From Candidatus Omnitrophota bacterium (GTDB lineage: Bacteria; Omnitrophota; Omnitrophia; Omnitrophales; Aquincolibacteriaceae), in contig JAHFHF010000007.1 in assembly GCA_023247055.1 (NCBI GenBank), forward strand, positions 2,186 to 66,185: DNA of 64,000 nt, written 5' to 3'. Shown in pieces: positions 53,399 to 64,000 of the stretch. The notes under the pieces are model-generated. The model ran no database searches. It was not told the origin of the DNA and worked only from the letters and a program-made list of their open reading frames with translations. Numbering within the stretch: the stretch's first letter is position 1; the number at the start of each line of letters is the position of its first letter. A program made the position numbers and the translations under genes.

Positions 53399-55057
53399 TT
53401 AAGATCCGGCCAACGCCTTCGCGCGCACCAGCGCCTCATCAATATCACCCAGGACATTTTCTTTTCCGATCAAATCCACAAGCCCGGCGTTTTCGAGCAA
53501 TTCATAAAGATGCGGCTGGATACCTGAGAGCAGAAAAGCCGCACCGCTTTTACGGGCATTTTTATACTCTGTCTTGAGCACATGCAGTCCCGTGGCATCA
53601 ATAATGGGAACGCGGCGCATACGCACGAGAATCACTTTGGGCTTTTCTTTGGTGACCGTTTTCATGGCTTCGATAAAATTGGCGGAAGCTCCGAAGAAAA
53701 AAGGGCCGTTGACTTCATAAACCAAAACGCCTTTGGGCACTTGTTTTTTCTGGATCGCCCCGGGGTCGTCGCTCTCATCGGGCCGGTCGGCCAATTCCTG
53801 GCTGATGATTTCCGTATTAGCGACCTGCGCCATTTCTTTCATAAAAAGAAAAGCGGCCAGCACCATGCCGACCTCAATGGCTACTGTCAGATCAATAACC
53901 ACGGTCAGGACAAAAGTCAAAACAAGTACGATCACATCGCTGCGGGGACTGCGCAAAACCATCAGAAAAGAACGCCATTCGCTCATGTGATAAGCGACGA
54001 CCAGGAGAATTCCCGCAAGGCATGCAAGCGGGATGAGCCCGGCCCACTTGCCAAAAAATAGCATGATTAAGAGCAACGTCACGGCGTGGACAATGCCTGC
54101 CACCGGCGTGCGGCCGCCGTTATGGACATTCGTGGTCGTGCGGGCAATCGCGCCTGTGGCCGGCATGCCTCCAAAAAACGCGGAGGCGATATTGGCAGCC
54201 CCCTGCGCCACCAGTTCCATATTGGAACGGTGCCGGCCGCCGATCATGCCGTCGGCCACGACTGCGGAAAGCAGCGACTCAATGCTGGCCAAAAGCGCAA
54301 TGGTAACGGCTGAAGGGAAAAGCTCCCGTACCAGCGCGAGCGAAATCTGGGGCATGGCCGGTGCCGGAAGGGTATGCGGAATCTCGCCAAAGCGGCTGGC
54401 AATTGTCTCCACCGGCAGATGAAAAAAATGCACCGCCGCCGTCGCGGCCACAAGCGCAACCAGCGGCCCTGGAATTTTTACCGCCACTTTTTTCCACAGC
54501 TGAATGAGGGCCACCGTCCCTATTCCGATCACGAAGGCATAGGGATTAAACGTGTGGAAATTCTGGAAATAAACTTCCCATTTTCCGAAAAACTCAGCGG
54601 GAAGCTGCTTGATCGACAGCCCGAACAAATCTTTCATTTGGGAGGAGAAAATAATCAGCGCGATTCCGCTTGTAAACCCGATCGTCACCGGGTAGGGAAT
54701 AAATTTGATCACGCCTCCCAAACGCGCGGCCCCCATTAAAATCATCATAGCACCGCCCATCCAAGTCGCGATCAAGAGTCCGTTCAAGCCATGTTTCTGC
54801 ACAATGGCATAGACAATGACGATAAAAGCGCCGGTCGGGCCCCCGATCTGCACGCGGCTGCCTCCCAAAAGCGACACCAGCAAACCGGCAATGATCGCCG
54901 TGACCAGGCCGCGGTCAGGAGAAACTCCGGAGGCTATGGCAAAAGCAATCGCCAGGGGCAAAGCCACAATGCCGACAATGATGCCGGCGTTTAGGTCCGC
55001 AAAAAATTGCGCCCGCGTATAGGTTTTAAGCGTCGTAAAAAGTTTGGGGTAAAGCAT
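53399..55057 (-). CDS. SulP-family anion transporter with C-terminal STAS domain
   Basis: 552 aa. N-terminal sulfate-transporter motif and about 11 TM helices. C-terminal STAS fold ending in the anti-sigma-antagonist-like VILVRMRRVPIIDATGLHVLK. Confidence 0.85.
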   Translation of the reverse strand: MLYPKLFTTLKTYTRAQFFADLNAGIIVGIVALPLAIAFAIASGVSPDRGLVTAIIAGLLVSLLGGSRVQIGGPTGAFIVIVYAIVQKHGLNGLLIATWMGGAMMILMGAARLGGVIKFIPYPVTIGFTSGIALIIFSSQMKDLFGLSIKQLPAEFFGKWEVYFQNFHTFNPYAFVIGIGTVALIQLWKKVAVKIPGPLVALVAATAAVHFFHLPVETIASRFGEIPHTLPAPAMPQISLALVRELFPSAVTIALLASIESLLSAVVADGMIGGRHRSNMELVAQGAANIASAFFGGMPATGAIARTTTNVHNGGRTPVAGIVHAVTLLLIMLFFGKWAGLIPLACLAGILLVVAYHMSEWRSFLMVLRSPRSDVIVLVLTFVLTVVIDLTVAIEVGMVLAAFLFMKEMAQVANTEIISQELADRPDESDDPGAIQKKQVPKGVLVYEVNGPFFFGASANFIEAMKTVTKEKPKVILVRMRRVPIIDATGLHVLKTEYKNARKSGAAFLLSGIQPHLYELLENAGLVDLIGKENVLGDIDEALVRAKALAGS

Positions 55058-55108
55058 GGTGATTCCTAGGAATTGATCCGGAAAATACGTGTTTTCGAAG
55101 AAGTAATC

Positions 55109-55438
55109 TTACCACTTTTTGAAAATAAAAAATACAGCGCCGATCATCAAGGCAAATCCCACGAAATAATTCCATTTCAGAGACTCCTTTAAATACACCA
55201 CGGAAAAAACGCAAAAAACTGCGAGCGTGATGACTTCCTGCATGACTTTAAGCTGGGCTGTCGTGAAGTGGTAAGAGCCGATGCGGTTGGCAGGGACCTG
55301 AAAACAGTATTCGGCAAAAGCAATCAGCCAGCTGATTAAAATGACTTTCCAAAGCGCCGATTCACGGAAGCGGAGATGGCCGTACCAGGCGATCGTCATA
55401 AAAACATTTGACAAGGTCAGCAGCAGGACGGTTGTCAC
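55109..55438 (-). CDS. small DMT-superfamily membrane protein (DUF486-like)
   Basis: 109 aa, three to four TM helices. Pattern AWYGHLRF...W resembles the DMT/DUF486 family. Confidence 0.55.
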   Translation of the reverse strand: MTTVLLLTLSNVFMTIAWYGHLRFRESALWKVILISWLIAFAEYCFQVPANRIGSYHFTTAQLKVMQEVITLAVFCVFSVVYLKESLKWNYFVGFALMIGAVFFIFKKW

Positions 55439-55603
55439 AATGCAACTCCTTTAGGTTAAGAGCATTAGAACGTTGTTTAAGGTCCATGTATGAGGCTTGA
55501 TTTTTTAGAGCCCTGACTATAGTATCGTACGAATTTCGAACGCCTTAACACTGCGAAGGGACAAGGCTTACCCGCCCCGGCCTCGCGATCATAATTTTTA
55601 CCC

Positions 55604-57172
55604 ATGAATAAAAAAGTTTACCTCTTGTCAGCCGTTCTGGCTTTGTCTGCAGGGCTCTGTTTTTATCTGCGCCTTTCCTTCGGCGGTCAGACTATCCGGC
55701 CCGAATTTGACCGCAAACTTTGGCGCATCGAGATCGGCATGAATGTCTCCGGCAAAGGCGAGCGCGCCAAAGTTCGCCTGACCCTGCCTAAAGATACCGA
55801 ACGCCAGACGGTCTATAATGAAAACTTTGAAAACGACGCCATGTCGTTTACGATCACCGAAAACGAGCGCACCAAAAACCGTATCGGCGTCTGGCAGATC
55901 GAAATCCTCGACGGCACTAAGAACCTCAAGTACACGCTTTCGGCCCAGCTTAAAAGCCAGACCTTTATCATTCCCCCGGATCTGACCCTGTCTCCTTTTC
56001 CAAGGGACAACGCGCCCCCCGAATTCCGTGTCTGGCTGGATCCGTCAGCCTATATTCAATCGGACAACAAAACCATCCGGCGCTACTTGAAAAAGGCCCT
56101 TGGCCGCGAGAAAAATGTGGACCGCGTCATGCACAGGCTCTTTGATTTCGTACGCGGCCAGGTCAATTATAAGACCACCAAGAAAAGCAAGGATGCTATT
56201 GAAACCCTAAAATCTTTAACAGCCGCTTGCGGCGGTCAAGCGCGGGCCTTAGCGGCTTTAAGCCGGGCCGCGGGCATTCCCTCGCGCGTAGTCGGAGGGT
56301 TGATTCTGGAGCCGGGTGTTAAGCAAATCACCCATGTCTGGGTTGAAAATTACATCGACGGCAAGTGGATCCCGTTTGATACGGTCAACAACCATTTCGC
56401 TTTTATTCCTGAGCACTATCTCGAACTTTATTGGGGCGATGTGGCTTTACTGCGCCACGTGGGGCTTTCCAAAATCGACTATTACTTCAACGTGGGTTAT
56501 GAAACCATGCCGCCGGTGGACCAGCCTTGGTCGCTTTATGTCATTCCGGTGCACTTTCACAATCTGACGAAGACCACCTTGCTGATCCCTATCGGCGCCC
56601 TGCTCGTGGCTATTTCACGCCTGATCATCGGCATCCCCACGTTCGGAACCTTCGGCCCCGTGCTGCTGGCCATTGCCTTTCAGGAAGTCTCGCTTGGGCC
56701 CGGCTTACTTTTTGTGTTCATAGTACTCAGCCTCAACTTGATGGTGCGCCGCCTGCTGGATTCTTTAAAAATCCTGATTATTCCCAAATTGGCAATCTTG
56801 GTCACCATGGTCGTCATTATTCTCATCAGCATTATGATGATCAGCGTCCAACTCGGCGAGAGGCGCATGCTCTATGTCTCAGTTTTTCCCATCATCATCA
56901 TGACCTGGATGACCGAGCGTTTCGCCGTGCTCCAAATCGAAGACGGCACCTTGGCCGCCCTCAAATCGTCTTTAGGCACAGTTTTTGTAGCCTGCTTGAC
57001 GTATTACACCATGGAACTTTCATTCCTGAAGGTTTACCTTTTTGCTTTTCCGGAATTGCTCCTGCTCAATATTGCGCTGCTGCTTCTACTCGGGCGCTAT
57101 ACCGGCATCCGCATCACCGAATTGCAGCGCTTCCGCGATTTACACAAAATCCACACCGCCAAGAAGCCATGA
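55604..57172 (+). CDS. transglutaminase-like domain protein fused to a C-terminal seven-TM module
   Basis: Signal anchor, then a transglutaminase core with Cys (TAACGGQARALAALSRAAGIPSRVV), His (THVWVENYIDGKW) and Asp (IPFD). At least seven hydrophobic helices occupy the last about 220 aa. Stop overlaps the next gene start (ATGA). Confidence 0.75.
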   Translation: MNKKVYLLSAVLALSAGLCFYLRLSFGGQTIRPEFDRKLWRIEIGMNVSGKGERAKVRLTLPKDTERQTVYNENFENDAMSFTITENERTKNRIGVWQIEILDGTKNLKYTLSAQLKSQTFIIPPDLTLSPFPRDNAPPEFRVWLDPSAYIQSDNKTIRRYLKKALGREKNVDRVMHRLFDFVRGQVNYKTTKKSKDAIETLKSLTAACGGQARALAALSRAAGIPSRVVGGLILEPGVKQITHVWVENYIDGKWIPFDTVNNHFAFIPEHYLELYWGDVALLRHVGLSKIDYYFNVGYETMPPVDQPWSLYVIPVHFHNLTKTTLLIPIGALLVAISRLIIGIPTFGTFGPVLLAIAFQEVSLGPGLLFVFIVLSLNLMVRRLLDSLKILIIPKLAILVTMVVIILISIMMISVQLGERRMLYVSVFPIIIMTWMTERFAVLQIEDGTLAALKSSLGTVFVACLTYYTMELSFLKVYLFAFPELLLLNIALLLLLGRYTGIRITELQRFRDLHKIHTAKKP

Positions 57173-58113
57173 GTTTTTTTCATCCTTTCCGCGACAACGG
57201 CATCCTCGGCATGAACCGCAGGAATGCCGATTACATCTTGAATTACAACCGCCGAAAATTTTATCCGCTGGTCGACGACAAACTCAAAACCAAGCAGCTG
57301 CTTGAAGAAAATGGCCTGCCCACGCCGGTGCTCTATTTTGAATTCCGCTATGAATTTGAATTGCGTTATATCCGCGAAATCAGACATCTAAAAAAATTCG
57401 CTATCAAACCCGCGCGCGGCGCTGAAGGCCGCGGCATTCTGGTCATCGCCGATAAATCGGACAAGGGCTGGCTAACGACAAGCGGCGAACTTTTGACGGC
57501 CGATGATATCGAATACCACGTTTCAAATATTCTGGCAGGACTTTATTCCCTCTCCGGCGTCGACGACCATGCTTTTATCGAATATTTCGTGCAGAGCCAT
57601 CCGGTCTTTCAGCCGTTTACTAAAAAAGGCGTGCCGGACATCCGTGTCATTCTCTACCGCGGCATACCGGTCATGTCGATGCTGCGCCTGCCCACGATCC
57701 AATCCAAAGGCAAGGCGAATCTGCATCAGGGAGCGGTGGGGGCGGGTGTCGATATGCTCAAAGGCATTACACTCGGCGGCGTGCATAAAAACCAACTTGT
57801 TGAAAAACATCCGGACACGCAAGCTGCGATTGCCGGGCATCAGATTCCCTTTTGGAATTACATCTTGGAAACTGCGGCAAAAACGCATGAGATTTTCAAA
57901 CTCGGCTATTTTGGCATCGACTTTGTCATCGACCGCCAGCTTGGCCCGCTCATTCTCGAACTCAATGCCCGTCCCGGCTTGAGCATTCAACTCGCCAACC
58001 GCCATGGCCTGCTGCCCCGACTCGCTGCTGTGGATCAACACAAGAACGTCGAATCCCTGCCCTACACTGACCGCCTGCAAATCGCAAAAGATATCCTGCG
58101 CCACGACCGCTAG
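57169..58113 (+). CDS. alpha-L-glutamate ligase-like (RimK-related) ATP-grasp amidoligase
   Basis: 314 aa from ATG 57169 (MSFFHPFRDNGILGMNRRN...). ATP-grasp motifs: KPARGAEGRGI, FIEYFV, and ILELNARPGLSIQ (Mg/ATP-binding E-x-N). The ORF-track N-terminal extension from 56527 overlaps the previous gene in another frame. Confidence 0.75.
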   Translation: MSFFHPFRDNGILGMNRRNADYILNYNRRKFYPLVDDKLKTKQLLEENGLPTPVLYFEFRYEFELRYIREIRHLKKFAIKPARGAEGRGILVIADKSDKGWLTTSGELLTADDIEYHVSNILAGLYSLSGVDDHAFIEYFVQSHPVFQPFTKKGVPDIRVILYRGIPVMSMLRLPTIQSKGKANLHQGAVGAGVDMLKGITLGGVHKNQLVEKHPDTQAAIAGHQIPFWNYILETAAKTHEIFKLGYFGIDFVIDRQLGPLILELNARPGLSIQLANRHGLLPRLAAVDQHKNVESLPYTDRLQIAKDILRHDR

Positions 58114-58117
58114 AAGA

Positions 58118-58246
58118 AACTCGTGATGAGCGGTGATGAGTGATTGGTGACTGGTGATTAGTGGCTGATAAAAGGAGCCGCTACGCGGCATTAAATGTCA
58201 CGCAGTGACACATCCACCAATCACTAATCACCAGTCACTAATCACT
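58118..58246. repeat. intergenic cassette flanked by inverted arms of GTGATGA/TGATTAG tandem 7-mers, between convergent genes
   Basis: GTGATGAGCGGTGATGAGTGATTGGTGACTGGTGATTAGTG ... CACCAATCACTAATCACCAGTCACTAATCAC. Centre contains GTCACGCAGTGAC. Confidence 0.75.
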
Positions 58247-58251
58247 TTCTT

Positions 58252-59004
58252 TTAGCGCTGTTTCAAGCGCGCCAGGACGCTGTCAAGATCGTCGGGCAGG
58301 AGATCGGTGATTTCGATATTTTTACCGGTGATGGGGTGCTTGAAAGCCAGGCGGAAGGCGTGCAGGAAAAGGCGTTTCAGGCCGGCCTCTTTTTTCAAAC
58401 GGCGGTTAAGCGTAAAGCGGCCGTAAATTTCATCGCCGGCGACCGGCAGATCACGGTAAGACGACTGCACGCGGATCTGGTGCGTGCGGCCGCTAACCAG
58501 CCTGACTTGGGCCAGTGTCAAAGGCTCGCCGGCATGCACGTAGGTTTCCTTGGCTTCATAATGCAGTTCGGCATTGGGTTTTCCCGACCGCAGCACGAAA
58601 GCGCGCACCTTGCCTTCAGCGCGTTTCTCATCCAGCGCATCACGCCATGTGCCTTTGGACGGCCGCAAAATGCCTGCGAATAAAACCACATAATCTTTCT
58701 CGATTTGGTGCTCTTCGAAAATCTTGCGTAATTTCTGCATCGTTACGGCATCCTTAGCGGCAAGTAAAATACCTGAGGCATCCTGATCCAGCCGGTGGAT
58801 CAGCCATAAAGGCCCGGCGGGTGTCTCAAACCGCCGCTCCGACAGATCATAGGGCCCTTCAAAAGCACTGTTCTGCCCGGGGACACCACGCGGGGTATTG
58901 GGATGCGAGAGAACTCCGGCGGGTTTGTGCACGGCCAAAATCTGGGCATCCTGGTAAAGGACGGGACAAGCGGTCAGCTTGGAAGACGGCGGGAGTACGC
59001 TCAT
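58252..59004 (-). CDS. RluA-family pseudouridine synthase
   Basis: Catalytic HRLDQDASGILLAAKD, plus LAVHKPAGVLSHP. No N-terminal S4 domain. Start ATG overlaps the cstA stop (ATGA). Confidence 0.8.
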   Translation of the reverse strand: MSVLPPSSKLTACPVLYQDAQILAVHKPAGVLSHPNTPRGVPGQNSAFEGPYDLSERRFETPAGPLWLIHRLDQDASGILLAAKDAVTMQKLRKIFEEHQIEKDYVVLFAGILRPSKGTWRDALDEKRAEGKVRAFVLRSGKPNAELHYEAKETYVHAGEPLTLAQVRLVSGRTHQIRVQSSYRDLPVAGDEIYGRFTLNRRLKKEAGLKRLFLHAFRLAFKHPITGKNIEITDLLPDDLDSVLARLKQR

Positions 59005-60671
59005 ACGCGCGAAACGGCCCGGCCGCCGCGTACCGCGATCATGGCTTCTTGGATCAAAAGCAGCGCCAACGCGCAAAGTAAAAGGGCCGTGACAGAAACA
59101 GCGTCAAAAATCACACGCCCGTGCACAAGCTGCACGATAAAGGGCTGAACCATGAGGCCCAAAGACCAAAGAGTCATCATCATCATAAATCCCATGGGAA
59201 TGGCGCTGATCAGCCAAGGTTTTCCGGATTTGGCCAGCCAGACCGAAAGCATCATCAGCGTGAGCGCCGCTAAAAGCTGGTTGGACGTGCCGAAAAGCGT
59301 CCAAAAAACTTTCCAGGCCGGAATCACTTGGCCGGCCGTATCCGTCACTTTCAACGAGACACACAAAAATGGAATCAGCAGGCTGGCCAGCGTGGCCAGC
59401 ACAATGCCACGGCGGCCTTTCCACCCTGTGAGTTCCTGAAAAATATGGCGGGCCAGGCGCGTGGCAACATCCAGCGTATCGTAAATAAACGTCGTAAACG
59501 CGAGCAGCGCAAAAGAGCGCGCAAAGTCGCGCGGAATACCAAGATGCTGCACAAACTGACTCAGTCCCTCGGCATAAATGCGGTCGGGCCCCAGGCCCGT
59601 TAGAGGACTCCCTTTGGCTAAGATCATGACCGTCGAAAGAGCCAGCACCGCCACAAGACCTTCGAGCAGCATACCGCCATATCCCACCGCACGGCAGTCT
59701 GTTTCTTTGGCGATTTGCTTCGACGTCGTGCCCGAACACACAATGCCGTGAAATCCTGAACATGCGCCGCAGGCCACGGTCACAAAAAGCAGCGGAAAAA
59801 GCGGCAGGCCTTTAGGATTGGTCCATCCGGTGAACGCCGGATAAATAATTTTTTCACCACCGAGAAATAATCCAGCAAGTCCCGCAGCAAGCACGGCGTA
59901 AAGAAAAAATCCGCCCAGATAGCCGCGCGGCTGCAGCAGCAGCCAAACGGGTATGACGGAAGCCGCGAAACAATAAAACAGGAGCAGGTAATTCCAGAGC
60001 TGCCCCTCGGACAGGCCGGCGAGGGCAGGTAAATGAAACGGAATCGATTGTCCGTACCAGATTCCAAGACCTACCAGCGGCAGGAAAATCAAAGTCGCCC
60101 ACAGCACTGGCATTTTAAAAAAACGCAGGCAAATGCCCATAGCGAGCCCTAAAAACAAATACAGCATGGACGACGTTGCCACGCCTCCGCCCAATTCCGG
60201 CGACGTGAAAGAACTGCTCGTCAGGTCCGCAAAAGCAATGATGACATAGATGAGCGAAATCCAGACGAAGAAAAGAAAAAGAAGGTACCCGCGGCGGCCG
60301 AAGAAAATATGCACCATTTCAACCACGGATTTTGCGCGATGGCGCACGGAACCCACCATGCTCGAAAAATCGTGCACGGCCCCGAAAAAAATCGCCCCTA
60401 GAATCACCCACAAAAGCACGGGGCCCCAGCCAAACCAAACACCGGCCAGAACCGGACCGACGATAGGACCGGCCGCGGCAATGGCCGAAAAATGCTGCCC
60501 TAAAAGAAAACCTTTTGGCGTAGGGACATAATCGACGCCGTCATTGATTTCACAAGCCGGCGTCTTGGAATCGGAAGATAAATTCATGAAACGGCCTAAA
60601 AAACGGCCGTAAGTCAGGTAGGCGGTCAGGAAACAGCTGCCGGCAATCAGGACGATCCAATAGGCGCTCAT
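59001..60671 (-). CDS. cstA: carbon starvation protein A
   Basis: About 556 aa polytopic protein with the CstA N-terminal signature (FLLGQHFSAIAAAGPIVGPVLA). Start at the internal ATG 60671. Confidence 0.9.
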   Translation of the reverse strand: MSAYWIVLIAGSCFLTAYLTYGRFLGRFMNLSSDSKTPACEINDGVDYVPTPKGFLLGQHFSAIAAAGPIVGPVLAGVWFGWGPVLLWVILGAIFFGAVHDFSSMVGSVRHRAKSVVEMVHIFFGRRGYLLFLFFVWISLIYVIIAFADLTSSSFTSPELGGGVATSSMLYLFLGLAMGICLRFFKMPVLWATLIFLPLVGLGIWYGQSIPFHLPALAGLSEGQLWNYLLLFYCFAASVIPVWLLLQPRGYLGGFFLYAVLAAGLAGLFLGGEKIIYPAFTGWTNPKGLPLFPLLFVTVACGACSGFHGIVCSGTTSKQIAKETDCRAVGYGGMLLEGLVAVLALSTVMILAKGSPLTGLGPDRIYAEGLSQFVQHLGIPRDFARSFALLAFTTFIYDTLDVATRLARHIFQELTGWKGRRGIVLATLASLLIPFLCVSLKVTDTAGQVIPAWKVFWTLFGTSNQLLAALTLMMLSVWLAKSGKPWLISAIPMGFMMMMTLWSLGLMVQPFIVQLVHGRVIFDAVSVTALLLCALALLLIQEAMIAVRGGRAVSRV

Positions 60672-60733
60672 GGGGAGAATAATATCGTAGATAGTGGATC
60701 GTGAACAACGATCCACTATCTACGATCCACGTT

Positions 60734-62965
<2,232 letters not shown>

Positions 62966-63073
62966 AACCCTCCTTTATATCGTTCTGATAGTTCCGGCCG
63001 CTCCTTAGAAAGCCGCCGAAAATGAATAATGGCTTAAACTGCGGTAAGCCGCAGGGACAGTCTCCCCCAAGGC

Positions 63074-64000
63074 TCAGATTTCGTGCTTCTGCTTGCCTAT
63101 GATTATCGAAATAATCACGGAAAACATGAGGATGCTTCCAATAATACTCAAAGAGACCCCGATCGGGATATGGACATAGTGGCTGATGCCCATCTTAACC
63201 CCCACAAAAATCAAAATAGCGCCCAGGCCATAATGCAGGTAGTGAAAAAGCTGCATCACGCTGTTAAGCGCGAAGAACAGCGAGCGCAGCCCTAGAATGG
63301 CAAAGATGTTGGAAGTATAAATAATAAACGGATCGGAAGAAATGGATAATACGGCAGGAATGGAGTCGATGGCAAAAATAATGTCCGTTGTTTCAATAAC
63401 GATCAGGACGATAAAAAGCGGCGTGGCCCACACGCGGGCATCCCGCTTTACAAAAAAACTCTCGCCTTCATAGCCGGAAGTCACGGGCATGAGCCGCCGG
63501 AAGAATTTAACCACCGGGTTGTGGTCCGGATGCACGTCTTTTTCGTCGTCCAAAAAAAGCTTGGCCCCGGTATAAATCAGAAAAGCCCCAAAAAGGTAAG
63601 TGATCCATTCGAAGCGGTGGATGAGCGCCACGCCCGCAAAGATAAAGATCGCGCGCAGAACAAGCGCGCCCAAAATGCCCCAGAAAAGGACCTTATGCTG
63701 GGCGTGAGCGGGAACTTTGAAGTAAGAAAAAACCAACAAAAAAACGAAAAGATTGTCAACGCTGAGCGATTCTTCCAGCACGTAGCCCGCCAAAAATTGC
63801 ATGCCGTGGTTGGCGCCCTGAACTTTCCAAACTCCGGCACAAAAGGCCATCGCCAGGCCGACCCAGAAAGCGGTCCACCCCAATGCCTCGCTCAGGCGCA
63901 TTGGACGGTTTTCTTTGTGCAGCCACTTCAGGTCCACCCAAAGCATTAAAATAACAAATGCGTTAAATAAACCCCAGGCTATCCATTCCGTCTGTGTCAT
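63074..64000 (-). CDS. TerC-family integral membrane protein
   Basis: 308 aa. The ATG sits exactly at the last three bases of the window (64000..63998). TerC motifs LSVDNLFVF and FAIDSIPAV. Confidence 0.8.
   Translation of the reverse strand: MTQTEWIAWGLFNAFVILMLWVDLKWLHKENRPMRLSEALGWTAFWVGLAMAFCAGVWKVQGANHGMQFLAGYVLEESLSVDNLFVFLLVFSYFKVPAHAQHKVLFWGILGALVLRAIFIFAGVALIHRFEWITYLFGAFLIYTGAKLFLDDEKDVHPDHNPVVKFFRRLMPVTSGYEGESFFVKRDARVWATPLFIVLIVIETTDIIFAIDSIPAVLSISSDPFIIYTSNIFAILGLRSLFFALNSVMQLFHYLHYGLGAILIFVGVKMGISHYVHIPIGVSLSIIGSILMFSVIISIIIGKQKHEI

Noticed and set aside
56527-57168. N-terminal 214-aa extension of the ATP-grasp ORF (ORF track 56527..58113)
   Set aside because: This stretch overlaps the transglutaminase-7TM gene in another frame and is Arg/His/Pro-rich. 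The conserved ATP-grasp protein begins at the ATG 57169, which overlaps the upstream stop (ATGA).

Overview
The window is a chromosomal stretch from a moderately GC-rich, probably uncultivated bacterium. Most of it is housekeeping genes. Recognised clusters include rpsF-ssb-rpsR, glmU-prs-rplY-pth, clpX, tRNA-Gln, ispE, hisG, tsaD, gatCAB, rlmH, tsaB-alr, birA-coaX, groEL-groES-groEL, cstA, an H+-pyrophosphatase gene and terC.

The dominant feature is one uninterrupted 23.9 kb ORF (18337..42201, minus strand, 7954 codons, GTG start). It encodes a giant, multiply membrane-anchored protein. Recognisable parts are an N-terminal signal anchor, a complete SNF2-family ATPase/helicase core, and two helix-hairpin-helix segments resembling the RNA polymerase alpha C-terminal domain. 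A pentapeptide RSE[MVI]R recurs about 15 times, each time written by the same 16-nt DNA motif. Two palindromic repeat elements are inserted in-frame. A 429-aa membrane protein gene lies directly upstream on the same strand. This resembles the giant genes reported from Omnitrophota-like lineages, but that placement is an inference.

Around the giant gene the locus carries unusual repeat architecture:
- a palindromic MITE/REP-like family (TTTGTCATTGCGAG...CTCGCAATGACAAA) with at least six copies, one of them in-frame inside the giant ORF;
- a second C-rich palindromic family at convergent gene ends;
- intergenic cassettes flanked by inverted arms built from tandem 6-7-mers (GTGAGTC, GCACCGG, GCAATGA, GTGATGA/TGATTAG). 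One such cassette, between gatA and gatB, carries a four-helix-bundle (23S rRNA intervening-sequence protein family) gene;
- a shared GGTGCCAGG palindromic motif in two divergent promoter regions.

Other notable items are an unannotated bS22-like small ribosomal protein gene (32 aa) with an 81-bp tandem duplication of its 3' end, three covarying hairpin repeats upstream of tRNA-Gln, a groEL1-groES-groEL2 arrangement with CIRCE only before groEL1, a chlamydia-like SWIB-domain protein, and a transglutaminase-7TM plus ATP-grasp amidoligase gene pair.
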